A stretch of DNA of 64,000 bases, from the NCBI GenBank assembly GCA_964486505.1, contig CAZAMC010000002.1, forward strand, positions 65,656 through 129,655, in the 5' to 3' direction. Positions 27,513-38,168 of this stretch are shown here, piece after piece. The notes below the pieces were generated by a model, which saw only the letters and a program-made list of their open reading frames with translations, was not told the DNA's origin and did no database searches. The stretch comes from an uncultured Gammaproteobacteria bacterium. Its GTDB lineage: Bacteria; Patescibacteriota; Patescibacteriia; PEXW01. Position 1 is the stretch's first letter. Every line of letters begins with the position of its first letter. A program made the position numbers and the translations under genes.

Positions 27513-28301
27513 TTACGATGTCGGATCGCCCGTGTACTGTTCAAGCAGGAGGTCTGAGAAATTCTTCTTCTCTTCGTCGTCACCTTTGAGGTGGACGTTG
27601 ACGTTGCGATCAGTTATCGAGACGACCAACGGGACGCCGATGAGCGCAGCGCCCAAGGCGCTGTTCAAAGACGTGACCGGGACGCCAGTATTCGTGGCCG
27701 CCTGATTCAGCGCTTTGGCTCGCGATTCAGCCGCGAGGTGGACATTAATGATGGTTGCCGTCTCTTGGGTTGGCGAGCAGTTGGTGAGACGGAACTCAAT
27801 GAATTCCACGCCCCACTGTTCGCCGCGATCCTTGATGTTTGAGAGCAGCTTCTTACCAATTGAAGCTGTGTCGAGCATCTCGGTGTGTTCTTTGCATTCC
27901 GAGATGACATCGCGGAGCACGCCCATGCCCATCCCTTCAATTGTCGGGTCCAGCTCATCCGTCTCGAAGAGCGCTTTGTAGATGTCCGTTACCCGGAAAA
28001 GCAAAATGGCGCTGACGATGAAGACCAGGCCGTTTTCCAAGACGATGCGCTGGTGTTCGAAGTTCACAACCTGTTGCCGCACGTGACGACGCTGCAGCTT
28101 ATCCACGAAGGGAATGAGCAGGACGAATCCCGGCTCGTAGATTTTCGGTGTCCCATCGCGGTGACGTACCGCTCGTCCAAAACGTAAGCGAATACCTCGC
28201 TCACCCTCCTGAACGAACTTGATGGACTTGATACCCCCTATGACGAGCGGGACTATTGCCGCCAAAAGAGGGACCATGAGTTCCGAAAAGAGTTTATCCA
28301 T
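27513..28301 (-). CDS. SPFH/band-7 (stomatin/prohibitin-like) membrane protein
   Basis: N-terminal TM, PHB domain motifs (QRIVLENGLVFIVSAILLFRVTD..., TASIGKKL...). Confidence 0.85.
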   Translation of the reverse strand: MDKLFSELMVPLLAAIVPLVIGGIKSIKFVQEGERGIRLRFGRAVRHRDGTPKIYEPGFVLLIPFVDKLQRRHVRQQVVNFEHQRIVLENGLVFIVSAILLFRVTDIYKALFETDELDPTIEGMGMGVLRDVISECKEHTEMLDTASIGKKLLSNIKDRGEQWGVEFIEFRLTNCSPTQETATIINVHLAAESRAKALNQAATNTGVPVTSLNSALGAALIGVPLVVSITDRNVNVHLKGDDEEKKNFSDLLLEQYTGDPTS

Positions 28302-28454
28302 TGCCTACCTCTGCGGTTGAAGGTGCTTTGTTATTCCTGTCTGTCTTACCGTTTTCACTCTCGTCCGTCAAGCGCTAGGGGCACTGAAGTCCGCTTCACT
28401 TGAAGGCTTCTGGGAGGGGAGTAGGATGCCGGTGTTACCCTTTCCAACTCTCGT

Positions 28455-29171
28455 ATGTCCCACACCATCGATCTCCATACCATTCAGGGTGATGTGCTGC
28501 GCGTCCTGCTCTTCCAGCCCATGGCCAGGTACACGGACCTCAACCCCAAGCACGTACCAACCGACCAATTCACCTTCCATCTGAAACGGCTGGTGGAACT
28601 GGGCTTCGTCACCAAGCAGGCCAACGGGTTGTACAGCCTCACCCCCGCTGGCAAAGAGTTTGCGAATCGTTTCGATACCGAAGCTCCCAAGTTGGAAATT
28701 GAGCGGCAGGCGAAGCTCGGCGTGTCCGTGGCGTGCATTCGGCGATCAGCCACGGGTGAACTAGAGTTCCTGGTTCAGCAGCGTCTGAAGCAGCCGTTCT
28801 TTGGGTGGTACGGCTTTGTGACCGGCAAGGTGAAGTGGGGAGAGTTCGTGCTCGCGGCTGCCGCGCGAGAGCTGGAAGAAGAAACTGGTTTGCACGCAGA
28901 CTTAACACTCGAACACATCCGACACAAGTGTGACTACGCAGCAGACGGTGCGCTGTTGGAGGATAAGGTTTTCTTTAGCATCCGGGCCGAGAATCCAGCC
29001 GGGACGCTGCGAGAAACGTTTGAAGGGGGGAAGAACCTCTGGCTGCCAAAAGTGGACATCCTGAAATTGCCAAAGTTGTTCCACGGCATGGTTGATACAC
29101 TCGAGCGTTTAGAAGGCAGTGCCCCGCCACTGAAGTTTGAAGAGGCCAAGTATACCGTGGACGAATACTAG
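28455..29171 (+). CDS. NUDIX hydrolase with N-terminal winged-helix domain
   Basis: Nudix box GKVKWGEFVLAAAARELEEETGL (GX5EX7REUXEEXGU) after ~80-aa wHTH-like N-terminus. Confidence 0.75.
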   Translation: MSHTIDLHTIQGDVLRVLLFQPMARYTDLNPKHVPTDQFTFHLKRLVELGFVTKQANGLYSLTPAGKEFANRFDTEAPKLEIERQAKLGVSVACIRRSATGELEFLVQQRLKQPFFGWYGFVTGKVKWGEFVLAAAARELEEETGLHADLTLEHIRHKCDYAADGALLEDKVFFSIRAENPAGTLRETFEGGKNLWLPKVDILKLPKLFHGMVDTLERLEGSAPPLKFEEAKYTVDEY

Positions 29172-29281
29172 AACCTATCACAAAATCCCATTCCGGCGCT
29201 GCGGACCGGCCGTCCCCGGGGCTCGAGCCAATTTTGAGAAGGGTTCTAGGTAGAACCGAAGTGCCGTGCTAGAGTGGCAAC

Positions 29282-30568
29282 GTGACCATACCTGCAAAGC
29301 CATCCGGATTTACTGGCCTGGGGATCGCCCCTCGGCTCCTTGACGCCCTCGACCGGCTCAAGTTCACCACGCCCACACCCGTGCAACGGCAAGCGATTCC
29401 CGTTGGCATTGAAGGCAAAGACCTCATTGCCATTGCTCAGACGGGCACCGGCAAGACGCTGGCATTTGGCATTCCTATGCTACAGCGTTTGGCGCAGGTA
29501 AAGGGGAAGGGATTAGTGCTCCTGCCAACGCGGGAACTGGCCCTGCAGGTGGAAGAAGCATTTCAGGCCATTGGTCGGAGCATGGGTTTGCGGACCGCGG
29601 TGCTCATTGGCGGCGCCTCCATGATCCGGCAGCACCAGTCACTCGCGCGTAACCCGCACATCATCGTCGCAACGCCGGGCCGGTTGCTCGACCATCTGGA
29701 ACAGAAAAAGCTTCGGCTGGATGACGTGCGCATCTTGGTCCTGGACGAAGCCGACCGCATGCTCGACATGGGCTTTGCGCCGCAGATAAATAAGATACTC
29801 GCTGTTGTTCCAAAAGCGCGGCAAACTTTACTGTTTTCTGCCACGATGCCGACGACCATTGTGAGCATTGCGAAACGTCACATGGCGCTGCCCATCCAGG
29901 TAGAAATTGCGCGCTCCGGTACCGCCGCCGAAAAAGTGAGCCAGGAAGTGTTCTTCGTTGGCAAAGAGCAGAAAGCCCAGCTGCTGCAAATGCTGCTGCA
30001 GCAGTACCCCGGTTCGGTGCTGGTATTCACCCGCACCAAGCACACGGCCAAGAAGCTCGCCTTGCACGTACGCGGCATGGGCCACGCCGCGGCGGACATT
30101 CATTCGAATCGGAGTTTGGCGCAACGTCGGGAAGCGCTGGATGGGTTTAAGTCTGGCAAGTACCGGGTCCTCGTCGCCACTGACATTGCCGCCCGTGGCA
30201 TTGATGTGACGGGCATTGAGCTCGTGGTAAATTTTGACCTGCCCCAAGCCGCGGAAGATTACATCCACCGTATTGGCCGAACGGCGCGGGCGGGTCGGGA
30301 AGGCCGCGCAATTTCGTTTGCGACGTTTGACCAGCGGGGCGATGTGCGCGCTATCGAACGGCTGCTCCAGAAAGCGCTACCCGTGCGCCCGCTTCCCAAA
30401 GAGTTGCCAACGCCCCGCGTTGTTTCCCGTCCGGAGCCTGTATATACCTCCGCTCGTCCGGCCCGCCCACATTCGGGAGCATTTTCTGGACGGCCGTCGG
30501 CACCTCACGCGCATGGTGGCCGACCCCCGCGTCGTCGGGGTTTTGGCAGCCGGCGCAATCGTCGGTAA
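29282..30568 (+). CDS. DEAD-box ATP-dependent RNA helicase with Arg/Gly-rich C-terminal tail
   Basis: Q motif, AQTGTGKT, PTRELA, DEAD, SAT, HRIGRTAR. Confidence 0.9.
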   Translation: MTIPAKPSGFTGLGIAPRLLDALDRLKFTTPTPVQRQAIPVGIEGKDLIAIAQTGTGKTLAFGIPMLQRLAQVKGKGLVLLPTRELALQVEEAFQAIGRSMGLRTAVLIGGASMIRQHQSLARNPHIIVATPGRLLDHLEQKKLRLDDVRILVLDEADRMLDMGFAPQINKILAVVPKARQTLLFSATMPTTIVSIAKRHMALPIQVEIARSGTAAEKVSQEVFFVGKEQKAQLLQMLLQQYPGSVLVFTRTKHTAKKLALHVRGMGHAAADIHSNRSLAQRREALDGFKSGKYRVLVATDIAARGIDVTGIELVVNFDLPQAAEDYIHRIGRTARAGREGRAISFATFDQRGDVRAIERLLQKALPVRPLPKELPTPRVVSRPEPVYTSARPARPHSGAFSGRPSAPHAHGGRPPRRRGFGSRRNRR

Positions 30569-30658
30569 GATTGCGTTTCGGTTGAACTCACCGGAATGCG
30601 TGTTGTATTTACGAAAGCGCAGAAACGTGCTACACTGTTGAAGTAAAAGAAACATCAC

Positions 30659-32197
30659 GTGAAAAATATTCCACGCGCAATTTGTAGCAGCATTGGGCTC
30701 GCCGCCGTGCTTTTTGGCGTCCTGCCGCTCTCGTACGCGCAGGCGGACATCACGCGCCGAATCACTTTTCCGATAGTCGGTTCGGCGACGTTCTCCAATG
30801 ACTGGGGCGCCGCGCGGGTGGGGCATACGCACGAAGGCAATGATGTCTTCGGCACCAAGGGTCAACCGCTCATCGCGGCGGTGGACGGCACCGTGCAGTG
30901 GGTCATGACGCCTGAGCGCGGCCAAGGCTTGGGCTTTTCGATTACCGACGAAGACGGTTACGCGTACTGGTACTTACACGTGAACAATGATACGCCGGGT
31001 ACAGACGACGGTGCGAGCCGCGGGATATTTGCCTACGCGCCGGACTTATACGGCGGGAACCCCGTGGTCGCCGGGCAGTTGCTGGGCTGGCTGGGGGACT
31101 CTGGTAATGCAGAATCCACTCGTCCGCATTTACACTTTGAAATCCACACGCCCGATGGCGAGCCCACGAATCCGTTCAATAGTCTCACGGCGGCGCGGCG
31201 ATTGAGTCGGCCCGTTGCCGCGCCGTCACTGGCGAATGAAATTTTGCCCTACGGTCAATTCACCGGCGGGGCGAATGTGGCGCTGGGTGATGTGGATCTC
31301 TCGACATCGGGTTTGGAGGTTGTGAGTGGGAGCGGCCCGGGTGGTGGCCCGCAAGTGCGCATCTTCAGCGAAACCGGCGTTCTCCTAAACCAATTCTTTG
31401 CTTTTGAAAAAACGTTTCGCGGCAGCATTGATGTGGCCACCGGCGATACCGACGCTGACGGTATCGCTGAGGTCATCGTTGCCTCCGGCCGCGGCCGCGT
31501 CACCCACGTGCGGGTGTTTACCGTAGCTGGGGAGCAGCGGGCCGACTTTGTTGCCTACAGCCCTACGTACACCGGCGGGGCACACGTTGCCGCCGCCGAC
31601 GTGACCGGCGACGGACGAGCGGATATTGTTACCGGACCGCTGCGCGGCGGTGGGCCGCACGTGCGGGTTTTCAATGGCGCGGACAATACACTCTTCGATC
31701 AGTTCTTCGCGTATGGCAGCGGCTTCCGCGGCGGCATTGATGTTGCGGCTCACGCAGCCACCACCGAGACCCCGCCGCTCATCGTCACCACGGCGCTGCA
31801 GGGCGGGGGACCGAACGTACGGTTGTACAATGCTACGGATCACAGCGTCTTTGGGTGGTTCTTCGGCCGCGACCAAACCAATCGCGCTGGACTTCGGGTG
31901 GCGCTTGCTGACGTGTACCCGTCAACCGCGGCACCCGAGGTTGTGCTCATTCCTGAAACGAAGAGTGCGCCGCGGGCCCTGGTTTTTGATGTGCACGGTG
32001 TTGCCATTGATAGCTTTCGCTTCTTGGAACCGTGGTGGCAGGGTGGCTACGACGTCGCTGCCGGAACGAGCGGCATCATCGGGGCTACTGCCACGCCGGG
32101 TGAAACGCGCCGCCGCACCACAGTTCGGTGGCTCTACGGCCCAATTGCCCCAGTCCTCAACTGGTATGACGATCTGGTAATTGAAGAAACACCTTGA
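30659..32197 (+). CDS. secreted M23 (LytM-type) peptidase fused to FG-GAP/VCBS beta-propeller repeats
   Basis: signal peptide; HTHEGNDVFG ... RPHLHFEIH (HxxxD / HxH Zn ligands); repeated GDxDADGIAEVIV / TGDGRADIVTG units. Confidence 0.8.
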   Translation: MKNIPRAICSSIGLAAVLFGVLPLSYAQADITRRITFPIVGSATFSNDWGAARVGHTHEGNDVFGTKGQPLIAAVDGTVQWVMTPERGQGLGFSITDEDGYAYWYLHVNNDTPGTDDGASRGIFAYAPDLYGGNPVVAGQLLGWLGDSGNAESTRPHLHFEIHTPDGEPTNPFNSLTAARRLSRPVAAPSLANEILPYGQFTGGANVALGDVDLSTSGLEVVSGSGPGGGPQVRIFSETGVLLNQFFAFEKTFRGSIDVATGDTDADGIAEVIVASGRGRVTHVRVFTVAGEQRADFVAYSPTYTGGAHVAAADVTGDGRADIVTGPLRGGGPHVRVFNGADNTLFDQFFAYGSGFRGGIDVAAHAATTETPPLIVTTALQGGGPNVRLYNATDHSVFGWFFGRDQTNRAGLRVALADVYPSTAAPEVVLIPETKSAPRALVFDVHGVAIDSFRFLEPWWQGGYDVAAGTSGIIGATATPGETRRRTTVRWLYGPIAPVLNWYDDLVIEETP

Positions 32198-32270
32198 CAT
32201 TTGCAGAAATTGTGCTAGGTTTCTGGCGAAACCAAATGTGATGAAAGCCATTTAACCCAAGGAGGATACA

Positions 32271-32630
32271 GTGGCGAAACAGTTTACAACGGTTAAAGAG
32301 CTCACCGGCGATGACTTAGCGGAGATACTTCGCAAAGCCAAAGCGAAGTTCAGTGAAGGCGTCGATGCTGGGCTTGATGCCTTTGGAAACGTCCTGGAAG
32401 AAGGTTCCAAGTACCGACTTTCAGTGCGGAACAAGGAAGGCGAGACCGTCCTTAAGATGACCGCTACAGTTGGCGGCATACTGGGGCTCACCGTTACTGC
32501 GCTGATAGGCGCGCTGATTACGCTCTGCCTCGGGGCAGCCGCCCTGATTGCGGGGCTCGTCACCGAGCACAAGCTGGTGATCGAAAAAGTCGTGGAAGGC
32601 GCGGCGCCTTCTGAATCGGTAAAGTCCTGA
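32271..32630 (+). CDS. hypothetical protein with C-terminal TM anchor
   Basis: GTG start after AAGGAGGA; 119 aa. Confidence 0.45.
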   Translation: MAKQFTTVKELTGDDLAEILRKAKAKFSEGVDAGLDAFGNVLEEGSKYRLSVRNKEGETVLKMTATVGGILGLTVTALIGALITLCLGAAALIAGLVTEHKLVIEKVVEGAAPSESVKS

Positions 32631-32637
32631 TCCTTGA

Positions 32638-32673
32638 GAAGCGGAACGCTCGTGCGTTCCGCTTCTTTTGTTG
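32638..32673 (+). terminator. rho-independent terminator upstream of NAD operon
   Basis: gaagcggaacgc-tcgt-gcgttccgcttc perfect 12-bp stem then TTTTGTTGT. Confidence 0.85.
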
Positions 32674-32687
32674 TGGATAACCTGGGC

Positions 32688-32716
32688 TTGACGCCGAAAA
32701 GGGGAGGGTTTACTAT
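32688..32716 (+). promoter_or_regulatory. sigma70-type promoter of nrtR / NAD operon (TTGACG-N17-TACTAT) followed by TGTAATACA palindrome
   Basis: -35 32688-32693, -10 32711-32716; 9-bp palindrome at 32721-32729 could be an operator. Confidence 0.55.
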
Positions 32717-32740
32717 GTGTTTGTAATACACTAAGTACCT

Positions 32741-33412
32741 ATGCCGAAGGCCAAGAAGTACCAATTCGCCGTTATTGCCTCGGACGTGGTCATTCTCACG
32801 GTCCGCGATGGCGCCTTGCAGGTGCTGTGCATTCAAATGCAGAAAGCGCCTTTTACCGGCAAGTGGGCCGTACCCGGGGGGTTGGTGCGCCCGAATGAAT
32901 CCGTTGATCACGGGGCGCATCGTCTCCTTGCCGAAAAGGCGGGCCTCCACGACGTGTACCTGGAGCAGCTCTACACGTTTGGCAAAGTGAACCGGGATCC
33001 GTTTGGCCGTGTGGTCTCGGTGGCCTACTTTGCCTTGGTCCCCAGCGACCATTTGCAGCTGCGAACAACCAAAGAGTACGCAGGGGTTCGGTGGTTCCCG
33101 GTTCGCAAACTGCCAGCTATGGCGTACGACCACGCGGAAATCGTGCAAACCGCCGTCCAGCGTTTGCAAGCCAAGCTTGGGTACACGAACATCGTCTTTA
33201 GCCTCTTGCCGAAGGCCTTCACCCTTTCTGAACTGCAGCACGTGTACGAAATTATCATCGGCAAGAGCTTTGATAAGCGGAATTTCCGCAAGAAAGTGCT
33301 GGGGCTGAAGCTGGTCCGGCCCACCGGCCAGAAGCGGGTAGGGGAGGCAAACCGGCCAGCGCACCTCTTCTCGTTCGTGCACCACGCCATTGCGCGCGTG
33401 GATATCCTGTAA
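32741..33412 (+). CDS. nrtR: NrtR-family transcriptional regulator of NAD metabolism (degenerate Nudix domain + C-terminal wHTH)
   Basis: N-terminal Nudix fold with degenerate box GGLVRPNESVDHGAHRLLAEKAGL; C-terminal FTLSELQHVYEIIIGKSFDKRNFRKKVLGL characteristic of NrtR DNA-binding domain. Confidence 0.75.
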   Translation: MPKAKKYQFAVIASDVVILTVRDGALQVLCIQMQKAPFTGKWAVPGGLVRPNESVDHGAHRLLAEKAGLHDVYLEQLYTFGKVNRDPFGRVVSVAYFALVPSDHLQLRTTKEYAGVRWFPVRKLPAMAYDHAEIVQTAVQRLQAKLGYTNIVFSLLPKAFTLSELQHVYEIIIGKSFDKRNFRKKVLGLKLVRPTGQKRVGEANRPAHLFSFVHHAIARVDIL

Positions 33413-33683
33413 ATTTTTTTCCTCGACAGTTAGTGTATGAATAACAATATCATTGTCACTTGTACACGAACTCCGCATAGCCTTGACAAAACAGCGGTTT
33501 CTTGCCAAGGTATCCGGTCTTTCCAACTTCCCAACATGTCCCAAAGCCTAGGGAATTGCTTACCCCTGGGGAGCGCCGTGGCGTTCTCCGCGGGTAGCCC
33601 GTTGCCAGGGCTGCGAGTCCTTTGACAACTCGCAATCAGAGAAGTTTGAGAACATACACGATACTTTGAGAAAGGACAGAAGC

Positions 33684-34514
33684 ATGATTCCTTTTGAGAT
33701 TGCAGCTGGTACTGTTGCCGGGCGAGACCACCGTCTTGCCGGGCGCAACAACCAGGATGGGTACGCGGTTGTTCCTCGGCCCCTCGTCCTCGCTGCCTTT
33801 GCTTGCGATGGTTGCGGAAGTAGTCCGCAGAGTGAAGTTGGCGCGCGCCTTGGCGCTCGACTCCTTGCTGAATGCCTCGGTAAGAGTCTGGAGAGCGTGG
33901 GCCCGGGCGTGGTTTTCGACCATGCCCTCCTCAGCCGGCACTGCGAACGAGCGCGGCAAGATCTCCTTGCTCACCTCCGCGTGTTTGGCCGAACTCTGGG
34001 CGGCAACTTCACCAGCGTCGTGGCCGAGTACTTCCTCTTCACGGCAATTGGCGTTGTGGTGACGCCGTCTTCGGCAGCGATTGTGGCTGCCGGTGATGGG
34101 CTCTACGCCATCAATGGCAGTGTGGCCCAACTCGGTCCGTACGAGAACAACGCCCCGCCCTACCTTGGGTACGGCTTGCTGGATGCGGACCAAACCGACA
34201 CGCCCACACCAACGCTCAACGTCGAAATGGTGATGCCGTCGGTCGATGTGCAATCCTTGCTCATCGGCACGGATGGTGCGCTCGACTTTTGGGCGAAGGC
34301 AAACCGGCTTGTGCCTGGCACGGACCAGCCGCTCGGGCCCCTGAGCCAGTTCTGGGAACGTTCGGAGTTCTTCCGAAATGCAGACACGCTCCGGCGCCGC
34401 TTGACGGTTGCGAGTAATGACGTGACGCACATGCAGGACGGGGAAATCGAAAGAATTCCTGGTCTGCTGCACGACGACACGACGCTCATCGTCCTCCGGC
34501 GAAAGGAGGCCTAG
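33684..34514 (+). CDS. PP2C-family Ser/Thr protein phosphatase (track ORF starts at TTG 33666; Met 33684 has AAAGGA RBS)
   Basis: motifs NQDGY, ACDGCGS, GTDGAL, HDDTTLIVL. Confidence 0.8.
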   Translation: MIPFEIAAGTVAGRDHRLAGRNNQDGYAVVPRPLVLAAFACDGCGSSPQSEVGARLGARLLAECLGKSLESVGPGVVFDHALLSRHCERARQDLLAHLRVFGRTLGGNFTSVVAEYFLFTAIGVVVTPSSAAIVAAGDGLYAINGSVAQLGPYENNAPPYLGYGLLDADQTDTPTPTLNVEMVMPSVDVQSLLIGTDGALDFWAKANRLVPGTDQPLGPLSQFWERSEFFRNADTLRRRLTVASNDVTHMQDGEIERIPGLLHDDTTLIVLRRKEA

Positions 34515-36386
34515 GTGTACATCTACATGCAAGGGCGGCGATACAACCTCAACCCCGCTGATGCTATTGGCAAAGGCGGTGAAGCGGACATCTTCCTGGT
34601 CCAAGACCTGGCGGTGAAGATCTTCAAGCCGCCGAACCACCCCGACTTCGTGGGCTTCAGTGCTGAGCAGCAGGCCGCGCAGTTTCGTTTAGACGAACAC
34701 CAGCGTAAGTTGCCGGATTTTCCTCACGGCCTGCCGAGCCGAGTCATTAGCCCGCAGGAACTCGTGCGGGATCAGGCCGGTCAGCGGATTCTCGGCTACG
34801 CCATGCAATTCCTGCCTGGCGCGGAGGTGCTGTACCGTTTTACCGACAAGCGCTACCGCGAGCAGCGCGTTCCTACGCCGCACGTCGTGCAGACCTTCTT
34901 AGATCTGCACAGCACGGTGGCAGGGTTGCACGCTCGCCAGGTGGTCATTGGGGACTTCAACGACTTGAACGTCCTCGTGTACCCGGACAAACCTGAAGCG
35001 TACTTGATTGATGCCGATAGCATGCAGTTCGGACCGTACCAGTGCCGGCTCTTTACGGCGCGGTTCGTGGACCCATTGCGGTGCGATGCGCACCACCTTA
35101 TCCTGGCCCACCCGCACGTACCGGAATCGGATTGGTACGCCTTCAACGTCATGCTCATGCAGTGTTTACTTTTCGTGGGGCCGTACGGTGGCGTGTACAT
35201 GCCCAAAGGCAATGCACCGCGTATTCCCCACGACTCCCGTCCGCTGAAGCGGATAACGGTTTTCAATCCGGACGTGATTTACCCCAAGCCCGCTGTGCCC
35301 TACAGCGTGCTCCCCGACGATCTGCTGCAGCACTTCCACCTGGTATTCGAACGCGATCAACGTGGGACATTCCCGCGGCCGCTCCTCGAACGCCTACGCT
35401 GGACAACGTGCAGCGGATGCGGCAAAGAGCATGCTCGGGCAACGTGTCCCTTCTGCCAGCACGCTGCGCCCGCAGCGATCCAGCAGGTGGTGACTATGCG
35501 CGGCACGGTGAAAGCCACGCGCGTATTTCGCACGAGCGGACGCATCCTCGCTGCTGCCTACCAAGACCAGCGGTTGCGCACGCTGTGCTACGAACGCGAT
35601 GCCTACGTCCGCGAAGCAGATCGGGTGATTGCCCGTGAACCGTACCGTCCCGACCAGCGCATTCGCCTTATGGGCGATACCACGCTCATCGGACGGGGGA
35701 GTGACGTCACGGTCTATAGCCTGAGTCAGCCACCGCGAAGCTTGAGCGTTGATACCTACCGGCACCTGCCGATGTTCGATGCCAATGCAACGCAGAAAGT
35801 CTGGGTATCGGGCGGGCAGCTCCAGCGCGACGGGAAATTCGGCGACGAATTCCCCGAAACCCTGGGCAACGTACTCCAGCGACAGACCCTACTCTGGCTG
35901 GGCCCAAGCTTCGGCTTCGGGTTCTACCGAGCGGGCGACCTGGCCGTGAGTTTCGTCTTCGATGCACAACGGCAAGGACTCAACGACAGTGTGAATGTTC
36001 CGTTGCACGGCCAGCTGGTAGATGCGACTTGCGTCTTCAGCAAAGACCGGTGCTGGTTCCTCACCGTCTCGCAGGAGCACTCGCGCATCGTGCATCGTTG
36101 CACAGTGATTCGGCCCGACGGGACCGTGGACGCGACGCTCGAAGCAGCGCCCACCGATGTGCCGTGGCTCGCTAACATTCGTGGCAAGGCCGCGGTCGGT
36201 TCGTACCTCTTCGCCGCGACTGATGCGGGGCTGGTACGTGTGGAGGCACAGCAGGGGGTCATCACGCAGACGCGTGACTTCCCCGATACAGAGCCATTCG
36301 TGGATGCAGGCAGCCGACTTGTGGTTGGCGGCGACGGCATTTACGTGATTGAGAAACAAGAGATTACGCGCTTGGAGCTCACCTGA
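34515..36386 (+). CDS. atypical protein-kinase-like (RIO/Bud32/Kdo-kinase-like) Ser/Thr kinase fused to zinc ribbon and C-terminal beta-rich domain
   Basis: IGKGGEADIFLV...VKIFK, IGDFNDLNVLV, YLIDADS; CSGCGKEH...CPFCQH; GTG start overlaps PP2C stop (AGGAGG RBS). Confidence 0.7.
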   Translation: MYIYMQGRRYNLNPADAIGKGGEADIFLVQDLAVKIFKPPNHPDFVGFSAEQQAAQFRLDEHQRKLPDFPHGLPSRVISPQELVRDQAGQRILGYAMQFLPGAEVLYRFTDKRYREQRVPTPHVVQTFLDLHSTVAGLHARQVVIGDFNDLNVLVYPDKPEAYLIDADSMQFGPYQCRLFTARFVDPLRCDAHHLILAHPHVPESDWYAFNVMLMQCLLFVGPYGGVYMPKGNAPRIPHDSRPLKRITVFNPDVIYPKPAVPYSVLPDDLLQHFHLVFERDQRGTFPRPLLERLRWTTCSGCGKEHARATCPFCQHAAPAAIQQVVTMRGTVKATRVFRTSGRILAAAYQDQRLRTLCYERDAYVREADRVIAREPYRPDQRIRLMGDTTLIGRGSDVTVYSLSQPPRSLSVDTYRHLPMFDANATQKVWVSGGQLQRDGKFGDEFPETLGNVLQRQTLLWLGPSFGFGFYRAGDLAVSFVFDAQRQGLNDSVNVPLHGQLVDATCVFSKDRCWFLTVSQEHSRIVHRCTVIRPDGTVDATLEAAPTDVPWLANIRGKAAVGSYLFAATDAGLVRVEAQQGVITQTRDFPDTEPFVDAGSRLVVGGDGIYVIEKQEITRLELT

Positions 36387-36431
36387 GCACCAGGCACGCG
36401 AGAACACAACAGAAGAACGAGGAGGTTCACC

Positions 36432-38168
36432 ATGCTCGCAACCTACACGGCAGCGCTGCACCGCGGTGCCAAAGTGTCGGTCACCGGTTTATGCGGCAGG
36501 ATTATTCGCGGGAAGAAGCCCGAAGATTTTCTGACGCTCACCGATGATCCCGACCGGAAACTCGTCCTGCTCATGGGGCCGGATGGGTTGGAGAAGCTAC
36601 TCGGCAAGAGTGGCTACCAGATGCTGGTGGAAATCGGCTACGAGACGGGCTACATTGCCCGTAAGGTCGCCGAAGGAAACCAGTTCAAGCTCATCGTTTT
36701 TCCCGAAGGTGGGCCGGCTAAGCTGGCGACCTGGGAGAACGTCATCGACGTCGTCAGCGACGTCTACCCGAACATTGCCGCTAAGCTCAACCGTTCCCGG
36801 GACAGCTTGGCCAAAGTGCCGTTCGACGAAATCGAAAGGTTGGCTCGCTTCGACTTTTCCGTTGTGGACAAAGCTGGTCCTGCTGACCCGCGGTACATGA
36901 CGGAAGAGCGGTTCCGCCAGAGCGCTGGAACGCTCGTCGACGCCCGGGCCTTCCTGTACTTCACGGTTCACCTGCGCGAGCTGTATCGCGGTGATGGGTA
37001 CACCTACACCGCCGACGGCCGCCGGGGGCTGATGGAGTACATCGTGCCCAACGTGCCCATTGCGGACTTGGGCTCGCACGAAATCATTGACCTCACCATA
37101 ACGCTGCCTTCCGCGCAGCCCAACACAAGGAGTGGTAATTTGAAAACGTATCCTATCCCGGCGCACTACGACCCCAACGCGGTCGACCAGGTGCGCAAAG
37201 TGCCGTACGAGGCAATCGCCACGGCGGCGGGAACGTACGCCCAGCAGCACGGCATCAAAGCCGCTGTCACGGACAAGTTTCGTCTGGCCCTGATGGCGAT
37301 TGACGTTCAGAATACGTTCGTCATCCCGGGTTACGAACTCGTCGTCGGCGGAGCGGTGGAGGACACGCAGCGGACCTGCGCGTTCATCTACCGTAACCTC
37401 GGCTACATTACCGAGATCGATCCGACCATGGACACCCACCGGATGTTCCAGATCTTCCACGCCGCTTTCTGGGTGGATGGCAATGGGCAGCACCCGGCGC
37501 CGTTCACCAGCATCAAGCTGACGGACGTGGAGAACGGGACCTGGAAGCCGAACCCGGCTATGGCGGCCTACCTGACCAGCGGCAGCTACCCGACGCTGCT
37601 GGAACACTGCTTGCACTACTGCAAGAAGTTGGCCGAACGCGGTCGGTACGAGCTGAGCATTTGGCCGTACCACGCCATGCTCGGGGGCATCGACCACGCC
37701 CTGGTGCCGGCGTTCCACGAAGCGTGCATCTTCCACGCTGCCGCGCGGCAGATGCAGACCGGCCTGGAGATCAAGGGTGGTAGCCCCTACACGGAGAACT
37801 ACTCCATCTTCGGTCCGGAAGTGCTCAACACGAAGGGGGGCAAGCCTCTCCCGCTGGTGCAGCGCAATGTGGCGTTCCTCGAGCGCCTCATGAACTGCGA
37901 TGCGGTGGTCATCGCCGGCCAGGCGAAGAGCCACTGCGTGGCTTGGACGATCGACGACTTGCTCGTCGATATCAGCGCGAAGGACCCGAGCCTCGCCAAG
38001 AAGGTCTACCTCCTGGAGGACTGCACCTCGCCGGTGATTATCCCCGGGGTGGTGGACTACACGCCCATGGCCAACGCCGCTTTCCAGCGCTTCCAGGATG
38101 CGGGTATGCACGTGGTTCGTTCCACCGATCCGATCTGGACGTGGCCGGGCCTGCAGGACAAGTTCTAG
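36432..38168 (+). CDS. pncA: two-domain protein: unknown N-terminal domain (~280 aa) + nicotinamidase/isochorismatase-family cysteine hydrolase (PncA-like) with large insertion
   Basis: C-terminal half: LMAIDVQNTFV, DTHRMFQIFH metal site, catalytic-Cys context AGQAKSHCVAWTIDDL; GAGGAGG RBS. Confidence 0.65.
   Translation: MLATYTAALHRGAKVSVTGLCGRIIRGKKPEDFLTLTDDPDRKLVLLMGPDGLEKLLGKSGYQMLVEIGYETGYIARKVAEGNQFKLIVFPEGGPAKLATWENVIDVVSDVYPNIAAKLNRSRDSLAKVPFDEIERLARFDFSVVDKAGPADPRYMTEERFRQSAGTLVDARAFLYFTVHLRELYRGDGYTYTADGRRGLMEYIVPNVPIADLGSHEIIDLTITLPSAQPNTRSGNLKTYPIPAHYDPNAVDQVRKVPYEAIATAAGTYAQQHGIKAAVTDKFRLALMAIDVQNTFVIPGYELVVGGAVEDTQRTCAFIYRNLGYITEIDPTMDTHRMFQIFHAAFWVDGNGQHPAPFTSIKLTDVENGTWKPNPAMAAYLTSGSYPTLLEHCLHYCKKLAERGRYELSIWPYHAMLGGIDHALVPAFHEACIFHAAARQMQTGLEIKGGSPYTENYSIFGPEVLNTKGGKPLPLVQRNVAFLERLMNCDAVVIAGQAKSHCVAWTIDDLLVDISAKDPSLAKKVYLLEDCTSPVIIPGVVDYTPMANAAFQRFQDAGMHVVRSTDPIWTWPGLQDKF

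Noticed and set aside
32721-32729. TGTAATACA palindrome as a defined NrtR operator
   Set aside because: Only 9 bp and I cannot match it to a remembered NrtR consensus; kept as a note inside the promoter feature, not as a separate site.
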